From Nemertoderma westbladi (taxonomy: Eukaryota; Animalia; Xenacoelomorpha), in assembly GCA_032718475.1 (NCBI GenBank), contig JAUCBJ010002302.1, positions 1 to 64,000 on the forward strand: a DNA stretch of 64,000 bases. The letters are read 5' to 3'. Within the stretch, counting starts at the first letter, position 1; each line of letters opens with the position of its first letter. This document shows, in pieces, positions 1-12,400 of this stretch. The position numbers and the translations under genes were made by a program. The notes under the pieces are model-generated. The model worked only from the letters and a program-made list of their open reading frames with translations. It ran no database searches and was not told the DNA's origin.

Positions 1-970
1 GTTCCCGTCCGCAACTCGTGCACGCTGAGTCCTTGCTGTCCGATCGCGGTGCAGGCGGTCGCCTGTCCTCGGATCGTCCGCGTTTGTAGGACGACGTCAC
101 CTTGGCGATGGATTTCCCGCTACCGATCACGTCGTCGTTGTGTTCGCTCGCCTCCCTCGACTGACAAATCCGAACGCAGTCAGCCAGAGTGGGTTGGGGT
201 AACACCTTGAGGAGCTCGGTTCGTGTTTCGGATGACCGAACTCCGACCAGAACCTGTGTCACTATCTGCCTGTCCCTGCAGTGTGCACATAGTTCTGCGT
301 CATCAGCAAGTTCTTCTAGAGCTATTCGAAACGAGTCGAAGGATTCGTTTGGCCCTTGTTTCCGCCCGTGGAATTTAATTCCGTCAATCGCGATCGATCG
401 TTTGGAACGAAGATGAGTCTGGATGGCGTCCATGATGGAGTCGGTTGTTGTCGCGTCGTCGTCGATGTCGACACCGAGAGTGACCGTGACTGTTTGCTGT
501 AGGTCCCGCCCGAGTGCGGACACCAACGCGTAAACCTGTTCGACGCGTGGAAACGTGGAGGCCTGTTGTCGGTACGCATGCACCCGCCACGCCTCGCGCC
601 ACCGTCGGAATGATGTAAACTCTACATCGCCATCAATTTTCTCAACGCCCATAATGTCGAATACCCGGCGTCGAGCGGGGTTCGCGCCGGGAACGGGGGC
701 GGCCGCCACACCAACCTGGGGCTGCGCAGCGCCCTGCTGCTGTTGCACCTGAAGCGCCCCGAGGAGTTGAGCAATCTGTGCGTCCGCCGCTGCCCGCTGC
801 CGATCCAGCAGCTGCGTAAGGCGATCGAGGCGCGCGTCTGCTGCAGCCTCTCGATGTGCCATTTCCGATCGAAGGTCGGCGAGGAGATCCACAGCGGGGT
901 CGGTGTCGTCCGACCCGCCCGCGAACTCAGTCACCTCCGATCCGGCGGCTGTCGTGTTTTTCTCGTCCAT
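1..970 (-). mobile_element. gag: Ty3/Gypsy (Mag-like) LTR retrotransposon gag ORF, running off the window edge
   Basis: Hand translation from ATG at 970 (minus) is open to position 1: MDEKNTTAAG...FRRWREAW...RKQGPNESFDSFRIALEELADDAELCAHCRDRQIVTQVLVG...LLKVLPQPTLADCVRICQSRE...ACTSCGRE. This is a capsid/MHR-like motif plus the start of a CCHC knuckle. It is absent from the ORF track because it has no stop inside the window. Confidence 0.85.
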
Positions 971-1072
971 CCCTTCCTTTTATTTGTAGGCTGTCCGCCA
1001 AAGATCCGAGTCCGCACGAAAGCTTAACTCTTCACTTAAGGAGCACTGTTAGAGTTCCTGACTGACTACAAT

Positions 1073-1081
1073 ACTGCGCCA
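1073..1081 (-). promoter_or_regulatory. Primer-binding site of the Gypsy element (tRNA-Ser-like)
   Basis: Minus strand reads ...ATATCCCCA-TA-TGGCGCAGT, i.e. TGG two bases after the LTR's terminal CA. It is complementary to a tRNA 3' end ACUGCGCCA. The tRNA identity is inferred. Confidence 0.7.
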
Positions 1082-1083
1082 TA

Positions 1084-1342
1084 TGGGGATATGAACGTAC
1101 TGGCAGACTGGTGAGCATAACACTGTCAGACTGTGGTACTTCATATCTAATATTCTGATACTCTCAGATAACTATATCTGCATGACTACTGCATGCTATA
1201 TACTGACAGACTACTGACAGGCATAATAATAAGTAAGTATGTATGGAACTATATCCACTACTCTACTATATATACCTATCCAGTATATAATGGGGCGAGC
1301 CATGTTCTATGGTCTCCCAGTCTCTAATGTGATATCTCTACA
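1084..1342 (-). mobile_element. 5' LTR of the Gypsy element (about 259 bp)
   Basis: Minus strand starts TGTAGAGATAT and ends ATATCCCCA (TG...CA with imperfect terminal inverted repeat), has a TATA-like TATATATA inside, and is directly followed by the PBS and gag. The partner LTR lies outside the window. Confidence 0.7.
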
Positions 1343-1765
1343 ATTATTGTGGCTCATTGTTACTCGTTGTTGCTCATTGTTGCTCGTTGTTGTACTTTAT
1401 TATTGCTCGTTGTTGCTCATTGTTGTTCGTTGTTGCTCGTTGTTCTACTTTATTATTGCTCGTTGTTGCTCATTGTTGCTCGTTGTTGCTTATTGTTTCT
1501 CGTTGTTGCTCATGGTTGTTCGTTGTTGATCATTGTTGCTCGTTGTTATACTTTATTATTGCTCGTTGTTGCCCGTTGTTGCTCATTGTTGCTTGTTGTT
1601 GCTCATTGTTGCTCGTTGTTGCTCATTGTTGCGCGTTGTTGTTCATTGTTACTCGTTGTTGTACTTTATTAGTGCTCGTTGTTGCTCGTTGTTGCTCATT
1701 GTTGCTCGTTGTTGCTCGTTGTTGCTCATTGTTGCTCGTTGTTGGTCATTGTTGCTCGTTGTGCA
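1343..1765. repeat. Degenerate TTG-based simple repeat (TTGTTGCTCR-like)
   Basis: Visible tandem TTGTTGCTCG/TTGTTGCTCA units; these explain the L/V/C-rich ORFs at 1239-1787. Confidence 0.9.
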
Positions 1766-2144
1766 TTTTAGCACCTACCTAACTTGACAATAATCATCTG
1801 GACCAATCAGGAAACAGTATTCGCCTACGCGTATGCATACGCGTATGTGAAATCGCTCAATGTAATGTATAGATACGTGGATACGTACGGCATACGTTGA
1901 AAAGTAAAACCCAGTAGGTACCGTCACCGTAGCGGTACCTAAATATAAGCTCCAGAATTACCGGTACGCATTACCAATTGGGGTGTCGTTGTTTCAGCCT
2001 ATTTTATCATAGGCCTCTTAACTTAATTATGCGAATATTTAATTTCGTTATTCACCATTTAAGGTACCTACCGGTACCTTTTAAAGGAAAGGAGCAGGTT
2101 CTAATGGCAGGCTTTTCTAACCAAAACAATAAACTGAATACTTA

Positions 2145-2590
2145 TGTCAAATAGGGGACCCTCCTAACCTGCTAAATCCTGAAATCACATAAGCTGAAGT
2201 CACTAGCTGACTAGTGCCAGGTTAGTAAAGGAGCAGGTTACAGAGGCGAGCTGAAAGGAACCAAAACAATAAACGAGAGGTAGGAATTGGAATTGGAATT
2301 TTGAATTTTTTATTAGACGTCAAATCAGCTAAAATTTACGCAATTAAAATAACATAACATAATAAAATAGTTAACAGAACAACAAAAGTACCGACAAGCC
2401 AATGCAAAGACCTTCAATCAGATATATATTAATTGTTCATTAAGCATCTGTACTGTACTGTATTGTACAAATACAAATATAATACAATACATACATACTT
2501 GAATATTGTTATCACCTGCCTGCCTGCTAAATATCAGGATTAGCAGGTGATTTCAGTTAGCAGATTAGGAGGATCCCCTTTTTGACACTA
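2145..2590. mobile_element. Degenerate MITE-like inverted repeat pair upstream of RNF146
   Basis: TGTCAAATAGGGGACCCTCCTAACCTGCTAAATCCTGAAATCAC (about 2146-2188) matches the reverse complement of about 2547-2587. Confidence 0.5.
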
Positions 2591-2804
2591 GTCACTAGTC
2601 TGCCAGTGCCACACAGTTTACAGTAACAGTAAAATGTTTTCTTTTAGGCACTCATTTTTCAATATAAATTTAACATTAACCGTACCGGTACTGCCGTATG
2701 AGATGAGAAGGCTGAAACGACACCCCAATTGATAATTTCTCCTGGTACCGTAGGCTAACCCACTGCATATTGGCCAATTGCGAATAACTATCTTTATTCT
2801 ATAA

Positions 2805-4250
2805 ATGGCGTCAGGTCGACGTTCCCGTGAGCCGTATTCGCGTCGGAGTCTTAGTGTCGGAGACGTAGCGGGGACCTTTCATCAACGTCTGGACGACCCC
2901 AGGTCGGAGAACCCAACCGAACTCGAGTGCCCGATATGTCTGCAAGCCTGCTTGCATCCCGTAAAACTCCCCTGTAATCATATCTTCTGTTACTTGTGCG
3001 TCAAGGGCGTTGCGCTGCAGAATAAACGATGCGCCTTGTGCCGTCGCGAGATCCCGTATGATTACCTAGACAACCCGGTAACTATGGCGCCGGACTACGG
3101 TAAACCGAAGGTGGAGCCGACATCGTGGTTCTACGAAGGTCGGAACGGCGGTTACTGGCAGTATGACGATCGAACTGCGCGCGAGATCGAGTCGGCATTC
3201 AACGAGGGTCGACTCAACGTCGACATCCTCGTGGCGGGGTCCATCTACGTCGTCGACTTCGAGTCGATGGTCCAACTCCGACGGTCGGACCCGAGTCGGA
3301 GACGTCGGATACTGAGGGGCGAAGCCGCGTTGGAGGTAGCCAAGAAGGGGGTCGCCGGTCTCCGGTACACTGAGCCGCCGGTGGAGGCGCAGGGTAGCGA
3401 GCCGGTCGAGGGTGAGACGGCCGGAGGGGCTGCGGGGCGGAAACGGGTGTCTGTGCTGCGGAGGCTGCTGAGTCGGGAGACCGGTGTCCTTACCCGACGA
3501 CCCCCAACCCCGCCGTCGGCTGGCTTCTTTGTGACGTCAAGGGTGCCTCTCCTGGGTGTCCCAGACCCAGTGGTGTCCCTCATTGGTGCCACCGATCCAG
3601 GGGGGGCCCTTATGGGAGCCCCAGATCCTACACTCACAGGCTCCAACCCATTTGATTCACGATGGTCACCTTCTGTCTCCCACCCTAACTACATGAGACA
3701 CAGTTTGGCTTCCCCGCCAAACTCATCACCCCCGACCTACCTCCGTTCCCATAGCAACCACGCATCACCCCCGACCTACCTCCGTTCCCATAGCAACCAC
3801 GCGTCACCCCCCACCTACCCCCGTTCCCATAGCATCCACGCATCACCCCCGACCTACATCCGTTCCCATAGCAGCCACGCGTCACCCCCCACCTACCCCC
3901 GTTCCCATAGCAACCACTCATCACCCCGGACCTACCCCCGTTCCCATAGCAACCTGGCGTCCCCCTCCACTGACTCCCCTGGCCACCGAAGGTTGGCGAC
4001 TCGCCACTATAGCGACGGCGGTTTAGACGCGCTCACTCGGTCTCTATCCCAACGCGAACCCTTGGTGAACTCGTCGGACCCCGGACTGTTAGACTCGTAT
4101 CGTTACGCTCCGGTGGACTCGACGGCCGGCAACAACAACGGACGGAATCTCGGTTCGAGTCTGGATAATTACGCGGAAGAAATCCGTCGGATTGCGAGAG
4201 ACATTGAGAATCTGAGTTTATTGAGACGACGAGGGAACAATAACGATTGA
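2805..4250 (+). CDS. RNF146: E3 ubiquitin ligase RNF146/Iduna homolog (RING-HC + WWE PAR-binding domain, disordered C-tail)
   Basis: ECPICLQACLHPVKLPCNHIFCYLCVKGV...CALCRREIP RING, followed by WFYEGRNGGYWQYDDRT...IE...ILVAGSIYVVDFESMVQLRR.DPSRRRRI..KKGVAGL, which matches the RNF146 RING-WWE signature. Single exon. Confidence 0.95.
   Translation: MASGRRSREPYSRRSLSVGDVAGTFHQRLDDPRSENPTELECPICLQACLHPVKLPCNHIFCYLCVKGVALQNKRCALCRREIPYDYLDNPVTMAPDYGKPKVEPTSWFYEGRNGGYWQYDDRTAREIESAFNEGRLNVDILVAGSIYVVDFESMVQLRRSDPSRRRRILRGEAALEVAKKGVAGLRYTEPPVEAQGSEPVEGETAGGAAGRKRVSVLRRLLSRETGVLTRRPPTPPSAGFFVTSRVPLLGVPDPVVSLIGATDPGGALMGAPDPTLTGSNPFDSRWSPSVSHPNYMRHSLASPPNSSPPTYLRSHSNHASPPTYLRSHSNHASPPTYPRSHSIHASPPTYIRSHSSHASPPTYPRSHSNHSSPRTYPRSHSNLASPSTDSPGHRRLATRHYSDGGLDALTRSLSQREPLVNSSDPGLLDSYRYAPVDSTAGNNNGRNLGSSLDNYAEEIRRIARDIENLSLLRRRGNNND
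3726..3959 (+). repeat. In-frame 39-bp (13-aa) tandem repeat x6 in the RNF146 tail
   Basis: SPPTYLRSHSNHA-type unit repeated six times. Confidence 0.9.
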
Positions 4251-5065
4251 TGCTTCAATAACTACTGAAAAAACGAAGTTGTACTTTTTTCATAAAAAAG
4301 TGCCGATTTTCCAAAAAAGTGCATCTGGTTTTGAGTACTCAAACGAGATACGCTTTTTTGAAAAACCGGCACTTTATTAAGTAGCAAAAAGAGTCACTTT
4401 TTATTACAATATAAAAATGGCACTTTTTCAAGGAGCAGAAAAGATCACTTTTAATTACTCTAAAAAGTGGTACTTTTTTGATATGTATGGATTTTCTGTT
4501 TAGAAAACGACACTTTTCTGAATATTATTTACGTTTTTATATTCATTAGTAGGAATAAAGCCCAACAGCTTTTTTTTATGTAATAGGTACTTTACTTGTG
4601 GGATAATCATTTAAAACATGCACTTTTTAGATTAAGGAGCACTTATTAAAATATAAAGTGGTACTTGATTTCCAATTAAAGTGCTACTTTCTATTTAAAA
4701 ATACCACTCCCCGTTATATTAAAGATCAATTTATATTACTTAGTTATATGTGAAAAAGAGGTACTTTTCAATGTAAAGAAGAACTAGTTTGGTTTGCTTA
4801 TCAAAGGGGAACTTATATTCTTTTTAATAATGAGTGTACATTTCTTTAAATTAAATGAAGTCATATGTTTAAGGTATGATGAATATTGACCCCAAAGTTT
4901 ATCCCCATAAAAGTTTAATAATGAATAATAAACAACACGAGAATCAATTATTATAATTATGGCTATTAATATACACGAGATTGATCAAATCCACTTTCAA
5001 CACAGCAACAGTCATTTCACAGTTTCTATGGCAGGCAGCTGCTTCGGTTATATCATAACAGATAG

Positions 5066-5707
5066 TTATACTGGTATAAGACATGACATATAACGCAATG
5101 AACATCGGAGGAGGGTCAGCCTTCCATCTGGTGCAACAGAAACCTTACCAGGCCAGGTTATATCCTTTTTTCTCTTTCTCGCCCAAATGAGAGCGCCGCC
5201 TCCTCCTCCAGGAATATAATCAGCATCTCCTAGATCTGACTCCGAAATAGACACTGACTCGAGGCTCGAACTGGAAGCGGTTGTTGAATCGGAATTATCC
5301 GATTCGGGATCATCTGAACTCCGCAGATCCTCCTGTAGGTCTACAAGAACCGTTTTCTTTCTTGGTTTTTTAATTTTTTTCTTAGCCGTCAACACGTTCA
5401 CTTTCATTCGTTTGCACCCAGTAAATCTCTTAGTTGCAGCCTTACTCAACACTTGATCCGCCACAGCAGTCGATTTTACCGAGGTATCGGTACCGGTAGT
5501 AACACTTTCATTGTCATCGCCCTTGTTGTAGGCCTTGGATGGATCAACGGTGGTATCCTTAGGCCTATCGGCTGCGGCACCCCTGTGCCGGTAAGACTTG
5601 TTCGCCTTGTGTACGGATAACTTATGACGGAAAAATGCAATTTTATCGTGAAGGCGGTGGTGTTTAATCTGCATCTCCGGATACACATAACACACTGATT
5701 CCGCCAT
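5066..5707 (-). CDS. Transposon-internal ORF, basic/acidic low-complexity, ending in a PWWP-like motif
   Basis: 213-aa ORF with a KKKIKKPRKK NLS-like stretch, an acidic S/D tract, then GALIWARKRKKDITWPGKV, resembling the PWWP consensus (G.LVWAK...PWWPA.V). Probably truncated or spliced. Confidence 0.45.
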   Translation of the reverse strand: MAESVCYVYPEMQIKHHRLHDKIAFFRHKLSVHKANKSYRHRGAAADRPKDTTVDPSKAYNKGDDNESVTTGTDTSVKSTAVADQVLSKAATKRFTGCKRMKVNVLTAKKKIKKPRKKTVLVDLQEDLRSSDDPESDNSDSTTASSSSLESVSISESDLGDADYIPGGGGGALIWARKRKKDITWPGKVSVAPDGRLTLLRCSLRYMSCLIPV

Positions 5708-5859
5708 TTGATAAATATCGCAAATATTCCGACTTTCGAAGTCAGATAGAAATTGACGAACGGCTCGACGAAATCCAGGAGTATCCTTGGCTACATCTTG
5801 TGCGGTAATTTCCAGTTGAATTACTGGGATTCTCAGCTGCTTATTTCCGGAAGGCGATT

Positions 5860-6139
5860 CGCTAAGTTTGGTTTAATTTCATCAATGATTGACTGAGTTA
5901 TTTTGGTTTTTATCAAAAGTCTTAAACTACCGGTAGCGACTGACAGACTGTCTGATTTTTGACCAAACTTCAGATTCTTTCTACACTTTTGAAGTACTAC
6001 ATACGGACAAGGTTTGGTTTAATTTCATCAAGGAATGACCGAGTTACTAGCATCAAAAATGTATGACGACGACGACATACAACTCGTTAATGGTACCCAT
6101 ATATGCTTTGGCTCTCTCACTTTGAAGCTCGCCCCACAG
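5860..6139 (-). mobile_element. Fragment of a Helentron-type (HINE) family
   Basis: (GAC)n run at about 6066-6076 and terminal GCTCGCCCCACA at about 6127-6138, shared with 13323-13334, 22675-22685 and 47544-47553. Confidence 0.5.
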
Positions 6140-7428
6140 TAAATTCTACGATTTATTCAAAATAATATACAACTCACGTACCGGTACTAATAAAATAATG
6201 CAATATATCTGATAACCACTAAGTATGCATGATTCAATGAAAGCATATAGAACAATTAGCACAGCTGTTATGTTGACTTACAATAAATCGAAACTAAATG
6301 TACCTATACAGGTTCTGTATACCGGTCAACTTCTCAACAACTGTACCAGGCAGTAACTTTTTACAAAAAGTTTAAAAAGTGCATGTTATTGAATTTTAAT
6401 TTAAAGAGGCTCTTCAATCCTCCTAAGATATGGTTTGTTTCCTTTAAAGCATATCGTATCTTTTTACACAATATTCACATTTTCATGGGTCACGTTTGCG
6501 TTAAAAGTTTGAAATCGTAACTGTTTACTGATTAGGGTACTTTTTTAATTTTTTTTGTTTTAAAGTAGCACTTTACAACACAACAATAAATTGTTTAAAA
6601 TCTCAACTTTGTACAGAAAAGGACACGTTTTAATTTATTATCTTAACGTACCACTTTACAACACATAAACCTCGTTTAAAATCGCACCTTTTTACAGAAA
6701 TTCAAAAAAGTGGAACTTTAATATATTTAGTAATTTACATAACCTGGTATATTCTTGAAGTACATTTAATTAAATTTAACAAAATGAGTTTTTGTAATTT
6801 GGAAAAATAAATAATTTCATATTTCGAAAAAAATTGCAGTTTAGTAAAATCGCAACTTTCAAAATTAATTAATGCCACTAATAATTGATAGTGGCACTTT
6901 TTCAAACGAGATGTAGTTACTTTTTTCAGTGAGTTAGCGTTACATTAATGTGCAGTAAATGTGGGTTTACTTTATTGCTGTTAAACTTATGATGTGCGGC
7001 ACCGTAAACGATGTTTGTTATTTAGTTTCTTTGGGGATCCAGTTGGTTGAATCTTTATGTAGTTAATAGTTAGCCATGTTCTAGAATAGTCTTCATTCAG
7101 ACTGATTCCTACCAGAGACTTTCATAAAAATTTATTTGTTTTTATTCATATGGGGATATTTTCCCTAATTCGAATATGGTATTTTTCCACGACGGACTCT
7201 ATTTATTTACAATTTCCATGATAAATTGTATTAAACAACACCGTGCAGTGGATAATTCTTGTAGACCTTAATCGAATTATGTTCAATATGTCAAGAAATT
7301 TTAAAACTGCGGAATCCGAAGCTAAAAATTATGAATCCCACAGCGGAATTGGGGAAGCAAACTAGTCGTTTTACAATTTACAAATTATATCTCACTTTTT
7401 AATATTGTTATGTGTATGATGTATATAT

Positions 7429-7807
7429 GGGGCCGTCCAAGTATGACGTCTGCACTTTTCCCCAAAATGTTGACCCCCTCCCTCCCCTAAATCAGATGTC
7501 ATCAGATAGGCGTTGACCCCCCCCCCCCCCCCTAAATCAGATTAAAAAAATTTTCGCGTCCTTGAATCACTGAAACATGGTGACTGGTAACTGAAACAGA
7601 AGGTCATGCTACGGGCCTTCCGGGGCTTCGAACAATTAAAATAGGCAAGCTACTTACTCTTCTGCTATATCTCTTCTAGCACCTATAAACGAACATGCTG
7701 ACGTCAGATTTTGGCTGACCCCTCCCCTCCCCCCCATCAGCACGTCATCAGATTTTCCCAACCCCCCTCCCCCCCCTAAAGTGCTGACGTCATACTTGGA
7801 CGGCCCC
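7429..7807. mobile_element. PIF/Harbinger (Tourist-like) MITE
   Basis: About 30-bp TIRs GGGGCCGTCCAAGTATGACGTC(T/A)GCACTTT, with a 3-bp TSD TAT on both sides. Confidence 0.85.
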
Positions 7808-8312
7808 TATGTTATCGAGCAGTCAGGCAACAAATATAGAATCACAACGACCATTAGGATCTTCTGGTATTCACGATGTTTGTTATCTTTATTATTAAAG
7901 TATTTGTCACTTTTTATAATTTCCATGTATTCCGTCGCACTGACGTTATTGAGAATATTGATAGGGGAGGGAGCTACATTTATATGTTTATGCAGAAAAA
8001 TTATGAATGCATCACTTATGAGGCATTATTATCGTGTCGAATTAGTAAGTGCTGTAAGCCTGTAACCCACTAATGGATCACATACTGTTAGCAATTACTG
8101 CGCTGTGGGGAACCCGTTTATAAAAAATAAGTGTTACAAATTCTGTTAATAAATTACAAACAAGCTATAATATAAATATCATGTGAAAGTACTGTAGATC
8201 ATCAATATGTAAATCTAATCTATCATATCAAGTGATACAATGGTAGCTAGCAATTTATGTAATATTTTATTCAGAGATAAGTATGACAACTTTTTATTCA
8301 GAGACAGTTGGT

Positions 8313-9215
8313 GTACAGTCAGTTCGTTCGGTCGGAGCTCAGTCGGTTCCTTCGGTCGGTGCACAGTCGGTCCCTTCGGTCGGTGCTCAGTCGGTCCCTT
8401 CGGTCGGTGCTCAGTCGGTCCCTTCTGTCGGTGCTCAGTCGGTCCCTTCGGTCGGTGCTCAGTCGGTCCCTTCGGTCGGTGCTCAGTCGGTTCCTTCGGT
8501 CGGTGCTCAGTCGATCCCTTCGGTCGGTGCTCAGTCGGTACCTTCGGTCGGTGCTCAGTCAGTCCCTTCGGTCGGTGCTCAGTCGGTCCCTTCTGTCGGT
8601 GCTCAGTCGGTTCCTTCGGTCGGTGCTCAGTCGATCCCTTCGGTCGGTGCTCAGTCGGTCCCTTCGGTCGGTGCTCAGTCGGTCCCTTCGGTCGGTGCTC
8701 AGTCGGTCCCTTCTGTCGGTGCGCAGTCAGACCCTTCGGTCGGTGCTCAGTCGGACCCTTCGGTCGATGCTCAGTCGGTCCCTTTGGTCGGTGCTCAGTC
8801 GGTCCCTTCGGTCGGTGCTCTGTCGGTTCCTTCGGTCGGTGCTCAGTCGATCCCTTCGGTCGGTGCTCAGTCGGTCCCTTCGGTCGGTGCTCAGTCGGTC
8901 CCTTCGGTCGGTGCTCAGTCGGTCCCTTCTGTCGGTGCGCAGTCAGACCCTTCGGTCGGTGCTCAGTCGGACCCTTCGGTCGGTGCTCAGTCGGTCCCTT
9001 TGGTCGGTGCTCAGTCGGTCCCTTCGGTCGGTGCTCAGTCGGACCCTTCGGTCGGTGCTCAGTCGGTCTCTTCTGTCGGTGCTCAGTCGGTCCCTTCGGC
9101 CGGTGCTCAGTCGGTCCCTTTGGTCGGTGCTCAGTCGGTCCCTTCGGTCGGTGCTCAGTCGGTCCCTTCTGTCGGTGCTCAGTCGGTCCCTTCGGTCGGT
9201 GCTCAGTCGGTCCCT
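8313..9215. repeat. 24-bp minisatellite, about 37 copies
   Basis: Unit GTCGGTGCTCAGTCGGTCCCTTCG; all three + frames are open because the unit has no stop codons. Confidence 0.95.
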
Positions 9216-9446
9216 ATGGTCAGTACCCCCAACCCCCCCCCCCCCCCCTATTTCCGTACTCCTCCCCTCTAGTTCCGTAATCCCCCCCCCCCCCCCCCCC
9301 CAGTTTTAACACTGGCTAGGTTAAAAATACTATCTACCATAGGAAAACATTATATTTTTTTCGCGGGATATATTCTAGAACATTAATATATGTCAAAAAA
9401 TTCGCATAGAAATAGCTAGTAAATTTTTTTTTTAAAACACTAGCTA

Positions 9447-12400
9447 GGGTAGGTGTAAAACGCGGATCCGGATCCGGATTCAGGATCCGGATACGGATCA
9501 GGACCCGGATTTACGAGTGTAAAAGGCGGATCCGGATTTACATACAATCCGTAACTGAGTGTAATATGCGGATTCTGAAATACGCAATCCGTATTGCAGT
9601 GTAAAACGCGGATTCATATATTTTGTGAATCCGGAATGGAGTGTAAAACACGGATTTACGTTAATTACCAAGTTTTATTGGATCCGGAACGGAGTGTAAA
9701 ACACGGATTTATCGTTAATTACCAAGTTTTGTTGGATCCGGAATGGAGTGTAAAACACGGATTTTCGTTAATTACCAAGTTTTGTTGGATCCGGAATGGA
9801 GTGTAAAACACGGATTTTCGTTAATTACCAAGTTTTGTTGGATCCGGAATGGAGTGTAAAACACGGATTTACGTTAATTACCAAGTTTTATTGGATCCGG
9901 AATGGAGTGTAAAACACGGATTTTCGTTAATTACCAAGTTTTGTTGGATCCGGAATGGAGTGTAAAACACGGATTTACGTTAATTACCAAGTTTTGTTGG
10001 ATCCGGAATGGAGTGTAAAACACGGATTTACGTTAATTACCAAGTTTTGTTGGATCCGGAATGGAGTGTAAAACACGGATTTTCGTTAATTACCAAGTTT
10101 TGTTGGATCCGGAATGGAGTGTAAAACACGGATTTACGTTAATTATCAAGTTTTATTGGATCCGGAATGGAGTGTAAAACACGGATTTACGTTAATTACC
10201 AAGTTTTGTTGGATCCGGAATGGAGTGTAAAACACGGATTTACGTTAATTACCAAGTTTTGTTGGATCCGGAATGGAGTGTAAAACACGGATTTTCGTTA
10301 ATTACCAAGTTTTGTTGGATCCGGAATGGAGTGTAAAACACGGATTTTCGTTAATTACCAAGTTTTGTTGGATCCGGAATGGAGTGTAAAACACGGATTT
10401 ACGTTAATTACCAAGTTTTGTTGGATCCGGAATGGAGTGTAAAACACGGATTTTCGTTAATTACCAAGTTTTGTTGGATCCGGAATGGAGTGTAAAACAC
10501 GGATTTACGTTAATTACCAAGTTTTAATGGATCCGGGAAGGGGTGTAAAACGCGGATTCAATTTATTTACCAAGTGTTACTGGATCCGGGAAGGGGTGTA
10601 AAACGCGGATTGATTCAGGTTAATTACAAAGTGTTACTGGATCCGGGAAGGGGTGTAAAATGCGGATTTACGTTAATTACTGAGTTTGTTAATGAGGGAC
10701 ACAACTATTAATGAGGGACACACATTAATGAGGGACACAAACATTAATGGGGGCCACCGTAATAGTTAATAGACACCTTAATAATTTGTCTATGCCTAGG
10801 GGCCACACATAAGCTTAATCCGGCTCTGGGGGACACCTTAATAGGGGTCAATGCTTCCCAATGAATTATTAATAAGGGCGATGGTGATGCTTAGCCGTCA
10901 GACATTATTAGATATTGATTAGCTGAAAAACTACTACCGTGGGAACGTGACCTCTCTGGTAGAGCGGCTCTGTAGACAATTGTATGGTAGGATTACTGTC
11001 CTGTTCCCTGATTGGCTTATCCATCCCAACCTCCCTTACAAACAAGAATCACTGTTCTGCCTAGCTGGCGGTAGTTTGTACTGCATCATAGCGTACTCTA
11101 TTTAAGGCCTTGCAAGCGTGCTGCCTTCCTAATTTATGGAGGCTGAACTGTTCAGTATAATTTCTTATTTAATTTCTTATTAAACATGGATGACAGTGAT
11201 GACTTTGTAAAGGTTCCATTTACGGGATTCGTTATTCCGAGTCCAACCAATGATACAGCCATTGTTGAGCCGCTTGAACTCACTACGCAAACATCGTGCA
11301 CCCCGAGTCCGGAGAAGAAAAAAACCAGGAAAGTCCGCAAGCCAAGAAAAGTTACTAAAGAACAATAAACATTGTACTAATTAATAATTGTAACTAGATG
11401 AGGGTCTGGGTCTTTATTGCATATGCGTTTTACAAATTGTTCATTAAAACTTACTAATTAACTTGAATCCGCGTTTTACACCCCTTCCCGGATCCAATAA
11501 AACTTGGTAATTAACATAAATCCGTGTTTTACACTCCGTTCCGGATCCAATAAAACTTGGTAATTAACGTAAATCCGTGTTTTACACTCCATTCCGGATC
11601 CAATAAAACTTGGTAATTAACGTAAATCCGTGTTTTACACTCCATTCCGGATCCAATAAAACTTGGTAATTAACGTAAATCCGTGTTTTACACTCCATTC
11701 CGGATCCAATAAAACTTGGTAATTAACGTAAATCCGTGTTTTACACTCCATTCCGGATCCAATAAAACTTGGTAATTAACGTAAATCCGTGTTTTACACT
11801 CCATTCCGGATCCAATAAAACTTGGTAATTAACGTAAATCCGTGTTTTACACTCCATTCCGGATCCAATAAAACTTGGTAATTAACGTAAATCCGTATTT
11901 TACACTCCATTCCGGATCCAATAAAACTTGGTAATTAACGTAAATCCGTGTTTTACACTCCATTCCGGATCCAATAAAACTTGTAATTAACGTAAATCCG
12001 TGTTTTACACTCCATTCCGGATCCAATAAAACTTGGTAATTAACGTAAATCCGTGTTTTACACTCCATTCCGGATCCAATAAAACTTGGTAATTAACGTA
12101 AATCCGTGTTTTACACTCCATTCCGGATCCAATAAAACTTGGTAATTAACGAAATCCGTGTTTTACACTCCATTCCGGATCCAATAAAACTTGGTAATTA
12201 ACTTGAATCCGCGTTTTACACCCCTTCCCGGATTTAATAAAACTTTGTAATAAACCTGAATCCGTATTTTACACCCAATCCCGGATTCAGTAGAAAAATG
12301 AATCCGCGTTTTACACTCCGTTCAGGATTTAGCCTAAAACATGAATCCGCGCTTTACACTCCGTTCCGGATCTGAAAAAAAGGCCAATCCGCATTTTACA

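Larger units (their letters stand above)
4263..6931. mobile_element. Non-autonomous CACTA/CMC-like DNA transposon
   Basis: Left end TACTGAAAAAA(C); right end reverse complement CACTGAAAAAA(G). Both arms (about 4263-4800 and 6350-6931) are dense in AAAGTGGCACTTT-like subterminal repeats. No convincing TSD; superfamily inferred from the CACTG terminus. Confidence 0.55.

Noticed and set aside
1239-1787. Hydrophobic Cys-rich ORFs resembling membrane proteins
   Set aside because: Translation of a TTG-based simple repeat.
2805-4250. Intronless RNF146 as a retropseudogene
   Set aside because: The ORF and domains are intact, and RNF146 coding sequence is largely single-exon in other animals.
9600-12300. 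CRISPR-like appearance of regular repeats (also the other arrays)
   Set aside because: Units are head-to-tail with no unique spacers, there are no cas genes, and the context is eukaryotic.
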